A stretch of 59,223 nt of DNA, filler included. It is 6 parts of 6 records of this genome, joined end to end, with 100 filler letters (N's around TTAATTAATTAA, not from the genome) between each part and the next. Parts side by side here need not be neighbours in the genome. Positions count along the whole stretch, not along the records: positions 45,081 to 59,223 come from SRR31147125_7001; 5 more parts are not named here. One strand, given 5' to 3'. Position numbers and translations under genes: made by a program. Shown here piece after piece: positions 52,475 to 59,223 of this stretch (position 1 is the stretch's first letter; every line of letters begins with the position of its first letter). The notes beneath the pieces were generated by a model. It was not told where the DNA came from and made no database searches. It worked only from the letters and a program-made list of their open reading frames with translations.

Positions 52475-52571
52475 GTGTGTTGTTATTTTCAACACACGCT
52501 GTTGAAAATATCCTATTTTTGCAGTAATAAACTGATTTTAATCAGTTAAGAGTGTGTTGCATTTTTCAACA
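52475..52571. promoter_or_regulatory. Two palindromic enhancer (UAS)-like sites TGTTG-N7-CAACA
   Basis: GTGTGTTG-ttatttt-CAACACAC (52475-52497) and GTGTGTTG-cattttt-CAACA (52552-52571). Confidence 0.7.
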
Positions 52572-52825
52572 GCACCTGTTTATATTTTCATCAAGCCCGC
52601 AATTTGCGGTTGTCGATTTTAATTTTAATTGCAGGTTAATAAGAAATTAATTATATTCACATAAATAAAACCTGAAAACTGTGCTTAATTTACTGAATTT
52701 TCTACGTTAATCTCTATGGCATAAACGACATTACAGTTCCAGGCCATGTGATAAATCATCACTACTATACACCGTACGGATTTCAGGAAAACAGTGAATT
52801 ATATCAACATATTTAGGATTAAAAA

Positions 52826-54763
52826 TTGGCTGATATAGGCTATCTGTGTCTCGCTATTTCTCTCGTTCTTGCGGCATACTCCTCAATAATTTATTTCATC
52901 GCAGGCAAAACTAAATCGTTAAATCTTTATACCAGTGCCCAGCGTGCGGCTTATGCCGTCTTTGGATTGGTTACTCTGTCTTCTCTTGCACTCTATTATT
53001 CACTTTATACACGGGATTTTCAGGTTCATTATGTGGCCCAATATTCCAACAGCACGTTATCCTGGTTCTACACCGGTGCTGCATTTTGGGCAGGTCAGGC
53101 AGGCTCCCTCTTGTTTTGGGCCTGGTTGTTGACTATTTTTTCGATCATTGTCATTGTTCAAAACCGAAATCGGAACAAGGAATTACTCCCTTATACAATG
53201 GGTGTCATAAGTGTTACAACCTTTTTCTTTATTTATTTACTGGTCTTTAAATCAAATCCTTTTGAAAAACTACCCTACATTCCACCAGATGGAAATGGTC
53301 TAAATCCGTTATTACAAAATATCGAAATGATCTTCCATCCTCCTGCCCTGTACGTTGGCTTTGTCGGGCTTACTATTCCATTTGCCTTTGCTATTGCAGC
53401 ACTTTTGAGCAAAAAACTTGAAGATCAATGGATAAAAAGCATTCGAAAATGGACTTTATTTTCGTGGCTGTTCCTGACGATTGGCAACATCCTTGGCATG
53501 CAATGGGCCTATGTAGAGTTGGGTTGGGGTGGTTACTGGGCATGGGATCCGGTTGAAAACTCCTCCCTCCTTCCATGGCTTACATGCACAGCCTTTCTAC
53601 ATTCGATCATTGTGCAGGAACGAAAGGGTATGCTCAAAATCTGGAATATATCTCTGATTGCTCTTTCTTTTGCACTTACTATTTTTGGGACCTTTGTCAC
53701 CCGCAGTGGCCTTATCTCTTCTGTGCACGCTTTTGGTGTTTCAGATCTGGGTCCGTTGTTTTTGGGATTTCTGGCACTTATTCTTGTGAGCTCTTTTGGA
53801 TTACTTTATAGTCGTCGTAAATTACTAAACAGCCGTCTCAAAATGGGTTCCTGGAGCTCAAAAGAATCCAGCTTTCTGTTAAATAATATTTTGTTTATGG
53901 CCATTACAATAGGCGTTTTTTTAGGCACAATCATGCCTACCATAACAGAAGCCATTAAAGGGGAGAAAATAACTGTTGGGGCAGATTTTTTTAATCGCAT
54001 GGCTACTCCAATCGGAATGGCTATCTTTCTTCTTATAGGTGTCTGTGCATTATTATCATGGAGAAAAACAAATCTTCGTGATCTGTTAAAAAATTTGGCT
54101 ATCCCCGGTTTTATCTCTCTTGTGACTCTAAGTCTGTTTCTTTTAAAGGGTATTCGACAACCAATGCCACTCATCGCACTGGAAATCGCAATTTTTGCGG
54201 CAAGTACTGTTCTGACAGATTATATCAAAAGTGCGCTTCTCAGGAGTCGCATGGAAAATAAATCCTTTCTATCGACTTTGGTTAGCTTGACATTACGAAA
54301 TAAACGCCGTTATGGCGGAGCCATCGTCCATTTGGGAATGTTAATGTTCTTTCTTGGAATCATAGGTTCTTCCGCATTCAGTATTGAGAAAACAGCAACA
54401 TTGCGCAAAGGTGGGAACCTTGAAATAGGTCGTTACAATCTTCATTATCTGGGGCTCACAAATCAGCATACGCCTCATCATCACATAGATGCTGCTAACT
54501 TTGAAATTTTCAATAGCTCCAAAAAAATAGGCACAATCAGAGCTGAAAAACATTTTCACGAAAATTTTCAGCCAGCGACCGAAGTAGGAATTCATTCAAC
54601 ACTCGCAGATGATTTATATATCATTCTGGCAAATTATGACAAAAAATCTGAATTGGCCACCGTTAGTGTCATGGTTAATTATCTGGTTTTATGGATTTGG
54701 ATTGGTGGTATTGTCATGGTTTTAGGAACGATATTAGCCATGCTGCCAAGATCAATAAAATAA
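52826..54763 (+). CDS. ccmF: Cytochrome c haem lyase
   Basis: W.GQAGSLLFW, GLNPLLQ, HPP, WAYVELGWGGYWAWDPVEN, TRSG..SVHAF. Confidence 0.97.
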   Translation: MADIGYLCLAISLVLAAYSSIIYFIAGKTKSLNLYTSAQRAAYAVFGLVTLSSLALYYSLYTRDFQVHYVAQYSNSTLSWFYTGAAFWAGQAGSLLFWAWLLTIFSIIVIVQNRNRNKELLPYTMGVISVTTFFFIYLLVFKSNPFEKLPYIPPDGNGLNPLLQNIEMIFHPPALYVGFVGLTIPFAFAIAALLSKKLEDQWIKSIRKWTLFSWLFLTIGNILGMQWAYVELGWGGYWAWDPVENSSLLPWLTCTAFLHSIIVQERKGMLKIWNISLIALSFALTIFGTFVTRSGLISSVHAFGVSDLGPLFLGFLALILVSSFGLLYSRRKLLNSRLKMGSWSSKESSFLLNNILFMAITIGVFLGTIMPTITEAIKGEKITVGADFFNRMATPIGMAIFLLIGVCALLSWRKTNLRDLLKNLAIPGFISLVTLSLFLLKGIRQPMPLIALEIAIFAASTVLTDYIKSALLRSRMENKSFLSTLVSLTLRNKRRYGGAIVHLGMLMFFLGIIGSSAFSIEKTATLRKGGNLEIGRYNLHYLGLTNQHTPHHHIDAANFEIFNSSKKIGTIRAEKHFHENFQPATEVGIHSTLADDLYIILANYDKKSELATVSVMVNYLVLWIWIGGIVMVLGTILAMLPRSIK

Positions 54764-54796
54764 AAAACACATACAAACTTTAACATACTATTAAAT

Positions 54797-55234
54797 ATGA
54801 TTGAAATTTTCTCTTATTTGCTGATTTTGACGACCTGTCTTTATGTTGTGGCTCCCTTGCTGGCACGCCAAAAAATGTCACTTGAAAAGACAGATCAGAA
54901 CGGTGAAAACCTGCTTGACCTTCACCATCAAAAAAGACTCATTGCCGATACAATAGCTGATTTGGACTTTGATCTTGAAATGGGGCAATTGGCACAGGAA
55001 GACTATGCTGATTTATTAAAAAATCAGCAGGAAAGACTGACACGTATTGATTCAAAATTGAAAAACAAAACCGGCACCTCTTTTGAATCATTGCAAAACA
55101 AATTGGAAGCTGAAATCGCCCGGGAAATACAAAAAAATCAACCAGCAACGGATTTCTCTTGCAAAAAATGCGGCCATCAGTTACAAGCTACTGATAAATT
55201 TTGTCCCAACTGTGGTACAAAGCACGAAAAATAA
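54797..55234 (+). CDS. CcmI-like membrane protein with C-terminal zinc ribbon
   Basis: TM, I.DLDFDLEMG.L..EDY motif, CKKC...FCPNCG. Confidence 0.7.
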   Translation: MIEIFSYLLILTTCLYVVAPLLARQKMSLEKTDQNGENLLDLHHQKRLIADTIADLDFDLEMGQLAQEDYADLLKNQQERLTRIDSKLKNKTGTSFESLQNKLEAEIAREIQKNQPATDFSCKKCGHQLQATDKFCPNCGTKHEK

Positions 55235-55275
55235 TAAAGTGGCTAAAACAAATTATAAACCGATCAGAATTACTT

Positions 55276-56496
55276 ATGTTAAAAAAGAATACTTTAAAAA
55301 ATATCCCCTATCGTGGATATTCGACTATCCATTTGGTTTGTTTTCTTTTGATTGTTTTTACTTGTTTCCTTCCCGCACATTCGCAATCAAAATCCAATAT
55401 AATGGGAACTGTTTTAAATGCTTCCCGTGACAGCACCTCAGTCGCCAGCATTACGGTTCACTTGCAGCAATTAAAAAGTGGTGAATCTGTACCACTTGAA
55501 TTAAGCCAGACAAAAGCAAATCAAAAAGGTAAATTCACGGTTACGGTGACTGAACCGGATACAAACGATACCTATGTTGTGGCAGTTGATTACCAGGGTG
55601 TACGTTATTACAGTGATGGCACATCACTTGGATCGTCCGCTGATCGCATGACCCAGAACATTGTTGTTTATGATTCAACACAAACAGCGGATATGGTAAC
55701 CACACTGATGCACCATATATTTATAGACGATATGGGAAAATCAGCAACTCTTCGTGAAACCAGAATACTTAACAATCCCAGTCAGTACACCATTACAAAG
55801 ACTTTTGAGGATAAAATTGCCGGACCTGCGACTTTACGTTTCCGTCTACCCCGGTCAGCCCAAAATTTCACCCCAATGTCAACCAGATTTGAACATGAAT
55901 TAATCAAACTTGATCAATATGTTTATGACAAAGGGATTATTGCACCTGGAAACCGTCAAATATCCTATCTTTATGAATTGCCATGGAAAAAAAATCAGGC
56001 TGCAGCCTCTATTGATATAACCCACGCGACTCGTTCGCTGGATGTATTTGTCAGTAATCGTGATTTAGCCATATCCTCTCCACAATTAAAAGATCAAGGA
56101 CCTTTTACGATTCGGGGAGTGGAATATCGCAGGTATGGAGCTGCAAATGTCGCTGCAGGAACTGCAATCGAGTTCTCTTTACTCCGATCCGGCTCTGCAG
56201 AACAATCACCATTTTGGGCCATTACATTAACGTCCCTTATTTTGGTATTAGGATTATTTCTTTCTTCCTTACGAAAATCAGTTGTCCTGACAAAAGCACC
56301 TTCTGTAAATCTGTCTGTCCTTACTGAAAGAAAAAAAGAGATCATTGAACTCATTGCCGCTCTGGATATGAATTCAGATAAAAGTGCAGATAAAAATATG
56401 CAAAAGAGAAGAAAAGAGCTCTTTGAAGAATTACAGTCTACTGAAATCCAGTTACTGGAAAGGTCAAAAAAACAGAAACCAAAAAAAATCAAATGA
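55276..56496 (+). CDS. Ccm-associated exported beta-sandwich protein with C-terminal TM and IAALD-type helical tail
   Basis: Signal peptide, carboxypeptidase-regulatory-like GTVLN..V.L...G.F...YQGV.Y, TM, IIELIAALD. Confidence 0.6.
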   Translation: MLKKNTLKNIPYRGYSTIHLVCFLLIVFTCFLPAHSQSKSNIMGTVLNASRDSTSVASITVHLQQLKSGESVPLELSQTKANQKGKFTVTVTEPDTNDTYVVAVDYQGVRYYSDGTSLGSSADRMTQNIVVYDSTQTADMVTTLMHHIFIDDMGKSATLRETRILNNPSQYTITKTFEDKIAGPATLRFRLPRSAQNFTPMSTRFEHELIKLDQYVYDKGIIAPGNRQISYLYELPWKKNQAAASIDITHATRSLDVFVSNRDLAISSPQLKDQGPFTIRGVEYRRYGAANVAAGTAIEFSLLRSGSAEQSPFWAITLTSLILVLGLFLSSLRKSVVLTKAPSVNLSVLTERKKEIIELIAALDMNSDKSADKNMQKRRKELFEELQSTEIQLLERSKKQKPKKIK

Positions 56497-57194
56497 TCCT
56501 TGTTGAAAATATAAGCAAAACATTTGGTGCTGTTCAGGTTCTTCACGACATAAATTTCCATATAAAAAAGGGAGAGTTTGTTACCCTTCTTGGTGTTAAC
56601 GGAGCCGGCAAAACAACTCTGATTCGAATTTTAGCCACATTAGCTCGTGCCACCCAAGGCACAGCCCGCATTGCTGGTTATTCCTTGAAAAAAGAAAAAA
56701 ATGATATTCGTCAGCAAATTGGTGTAATGAGTCATTCTACATTTCTTTATGGCGACTTGTCAGCTGAGGAGAATCTGCGTTTTTATAGCAAGATGTATTC
56801 AGTCCCGGATTATGAACAACGAATCAATGAGTTATTGGAACATGTCAATCTGGCATCCCGCCGGTATGATCTTGTCCGCACCTTTTCGCGAGGCATGCAA
56901 CAACGTCTTTCTTTAGCAAGAGCCATCCTGCACAATCCGCAAATACTTTTATTGGATGAACCTTTTGCAGGACTTGACGTAACAGCCACCAAAATTTTGA
57001 CTGAATTGTTACACGAATATGTAGAAAACGGCATTACAATTCTCCTGACAACTCATGATATACACTATGCTCTGAACAATGCTCAGCGGGTAATCGTTAT
57101 CAATCAGGGTCAGGTAGCAAAAGACGTATTTACAGCAAATATTTTGCCGGATCAAATCACTCACATCCTGGAAAACATCGCATACAAAAACTAA
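56493..57194 (+). CDS. ccmA: Haem ABC exporter ATP-binding subunit
   Basis: GVNGAGKTT, FSRGMQQR, LLLDEP; context. Confidence 0.93.
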   Translation: MILVENISKTFGAVQVLHDINFHIKKGEFVTLLGVNGAGKTTLIRILATLARATQGTARIAGYSLKKEKNDIRQQIGVMSHSTFLYGDLSAEENLRFYSKMYSVPDYEQRINELLEHVNLASRRYDLVRTFSRGMQQRLSLARAILHNPQILLLDEPFAGLDVTATKILTELLHEYVENGITILLTTHDIHYALNNAQRVIVINQGQVAKDVFTANILPDQITHILENIAYKN

Positions 57195-57195
57195 T

Positions 57196-57873
57196 ATGAA
57201 ATCTTTTGAACAAATACTGGCCATCTTGCGCAAGGATCTTTTACTGGAACTCCGCAGTAAAGAAATAATCATTTCTATGATGGTCTTTGCGTTGATTGTC
57301 GTGGTTATATTCAACTTTGTTTTCGATCCCGGTTCAAACCAGATTCGAACAACAGCACCTGGAATCTTGTGGGTGGCTCTCACGTTTGCCAGTAATCTCG
57401 GATTGAGCCGTTCCTTTGCCAGAGAACAGGAACAAGGTATGATGCAGGGGCTCATGATCTGCCCTATTGATCACAGTCTGATCTATGTGGCAAAAGTTCT
57501 GGGTAATATCATTTTTATTACTATTGTACAATTAATAACGCTTCCCATTATGATTATCCTTTTTGATCTATCGGTGGGACAGGTAATTTTACCTCTTTTG
57601 CTGGTCCTTTTTCTGGGCACACTTGGTTTTACAGGCATTGGTACCTTATTTTCAACCATCTCTGCCAATACCAAATCACGTGAAGTTATGTTGCCTATTC
57701 TTCTTTTTCCAGTTTCAGTACCGGTTATCCTGGCTTCTGTCAAAGCCACATCCTATCTTCTTGCCGGAAAAGATGTTAGCCAAACCTTCTCATGGATCCG
57801 TCTATTAATTGGATTTGATGTTCTCTTTCTGGTTACATGCTTTTTATTGTATGAATATGTGCTGGAAGAATAG
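57196..57873 (+). CDS. ccmB: Haem exporter permease
   Basis: KDLLLELR, APGILWV, RSFARE, LPILLFP. Confidence 0.95.
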   Translation: MKSFEQILAILRKDLLLELRSKEIIISMMVFALIVVVIFNFVFDPGSNQIRTTAPGILWVALTFASNLGLSRSFAREQEQGMMQGLMICPIDHSLIYVAKVLGNIIFITIVQLITLPIMIILFDLSVGQVILPLLLVLFLGTLGFTGIGTLFSTISANTKSREVMLPILLFPVSVPVILASVKATSYLLAGKDVSQTFSWIRLLIGFDVLFLVTCFLLYEYVLEE

Positions 57874-57993
57874 TTACCTGTTTTTTTAATCGAATAATAC
57901 AAGAACATATTTTTTTCACAAAAACCTTTTTATAAAAATAATGGAAATCCATTCACTTAAGCCTTAATTATCTGCGGACACTTTTGACACACC

Positions 57994-58707
57994 ATGGCTT
58001 TGAAAAGGATTAATTTTATGAATCGTAAATCAGACAACTTGTTTTTAACCCTGATCTTTTTAACCTATGTAGCCATATTGACAGCTCTCTATTTTGCCCT
58101 CATTTACGCACCAACAGAGCAAACAATGGGAGATGTGCAACGAATTTTTTACTTTCATGTTCCGTCGGCATGGGTGGCATTTCTGGCTTTTTTCATCGTG
58201 TTTTGTGCAAGTATCGCCTTTCTCCGTACTGGAAAAGAACATTGGGACCAATTGGCAGCCAATTCAGCCGAAATTGGTGTTTTATTTATCACCCTTGTTC
58301 TCCTCACAGGACCCATGTGGGCCAAACCTGTTTGGAATACATTTTGGACGTGGGATGCGCGCTTGACCACCTCCTTTGTATTGTGGCTTATTTATGTGGC
58401 TTATTTAATGCTTCGCAGCTATGTATCAGATAAAGAACGTGGTGCCCGATTCGCCGCTGTCTTTGGCATCATTGGCTTTATGGATGTGCCCATCGTTTAC
58501 ATGTCCGTTCGCTGGTGGCGCACATTACACCCGAGTCCTGTTATTGGTGGAGGTGATGGAAGTGGGCTGGCCCCTAAAATGGTAACAACTCTTATGATTT
58601 GTCTCTTTGCCTTTTCACTTCTTTTTACAACTCTGCTGATTTTACGTTATAAAACAGCTATTTTAACTCGTGATCTGAATAAAATTAAATCCAATATTGA
58701 CAACTAA
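57994..58707 (+). CDS. ccmC: Haem chaperone-loading membrane protein
   Basis: IFYFHVP, WAKPVWNTFWTWDARLT (WWD), WWRTLHP. Confidence 0.96.
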   Translation: MALKRINFMNRKSDNLFLTLIFLTYVAILTALYFALIYAPTEQTMGDVQRIFYFHVPSAWVAFLAFFIVFCASIAFLRTGKEHWDQLAANSAEIGVLFITLVLLTGPMWAKPVWNTFWTWDARLTTSFVLWLIYVAYLMLRSYVSDKERGARFAAVFGIIGFMDVPIVYMSVRWWRTLHPSPVIGGGDGSGLAPKMVTTLMICLFAFSLLFTTLLILRYKTAILTRDLNKIKSNIDN

Positions 58708-58721
58708 CCAGTGAGGATATC

Positions 58722-58853
58722 ATGGGAAATCTTGGTTATCTTTTTATTGCCTATGCAATTATATGGACAGCGCTATGTATTTATATTTTCAATATTGCCA
58801 AAAAGTTATCGCTGTTAAGAAAAGAAATTAATGTTCTCCAGAATAAGAACTAA
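58722..58853 (+). CDS. ccmD: CcmD-family small membrane protein (43 aa, not in the ORF track)
   Basis: MGNLGYLFIAYAIIWTALCIYIFNIAKKLSLLRKEINVLQNKN after ccmC, GAGGA RBS. Confidence 0.85.
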   Translation: MGNLGYLFIAYAIIWTALCIYIFNIAKKLSLLRKEINVLQNKN

Positions 58854-59223
58854 ACAGTACATTAAATAAAAATTATTGAACGGTATGTCAATTGAATGTT
58901 AACTCAAATGAGCTTATTCTGCAGTAAATTTTTAGAAAAGCTGTCTTTTTAGAACGGTTGCCCCTCTCTGTCTAACTTTAGCATCACTTGCGCTGCTGCA
59001 TTCAGCAAACAAAATTTAACCCTTTGCAAATATTTAAATAAATGTACAAAAATTACCTTCAGGCTAATTGCGGCTGCATCAGGTGAATGCAGTGTTAGAT
59101 GAACTAACTCTATTATTTAAAAAAATCAATTGGTTGTAAACATTAAAGTTGGATTTAATTTTCTATTTTCTTTCAATTTATTTTACAACTTTGCCAATTC
59201 TTGACCAACGTATTTTATTTTGT

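Noticed and set aside
476-58433. Numerous short ORFs antisense to or overlapping confident genes (e.g. 476-739, 1564-2136, 34853-35233, 38964-39287, 50653-51072, 56094-56561)
   Set aside because: Shadow ORFs with no motifs or RBS, opposite well-supported genes.
1-59223. CRISPR array, rRNA or IS transposase
   Set aside because: No regularly spaced repeats, rRNA-like segments or transposase motifs were seen.

Overview
This is not one locus. It is six contigs joined by artificial 100-bp spacers (N44-TTAATTAATTAA-N44), apparently from at least two or three organisms. (1) 1-8077: mscL, a BNR/sialidase-sulfatase-GH31 glycan cluster, a J-domain protein and cdd. (2) 8178-13398: Bacteroidota-like, with a GH78 tail, a GLUG/B-repeat surface protein and a MacB/FtsX permease. 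(3) 13499-21956: low-GC and Acholeplasmatales/Izemoplasmatales-like, with tRNA-Thr, tRNA-Gly and, right after tRNA-Gly, a truncated element carrying a tyrosine integrase and an inovirus-like pIII-pVI-pI(Zot ATPase) gene order. (4) 22057-34460: FCB/KSB1-Calditrichota-like, with a GAF-GGDEF cyclase, PorV/PorD-like genes, mglB-mglA-roadblock, an MFS transporter and a GAFTGA-less NtrC-like regulator. (5) 34561-44980: low-GC again, a TetR-controlled maoC-bcd-etfBA / thiolase-fabG-phaZ-fabH-like-liv cluster that looks like a route for scavenging PHB or (R)-3-hydroxybutyrate. (6) 45081-59223: a sigma54-driven operon with three GcvH-fold proteins that all lack the lipoyl lysine and share a QDGG motif, a HybA-like 4Fe-4S protein, an NrfD/HybB fused to a trihaem c7 domain, and a dihaem-c sensor kinase with an NtrC-type regulator, divergent from a ccmF-ccmABCD operon. 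The contig 6 operon is the best candidate for a poorly described system. Many genes are split at homopolymers, most likely by sequencing error. Taxonomic labels and family names come from recognising motifs by eye, not from database searches.
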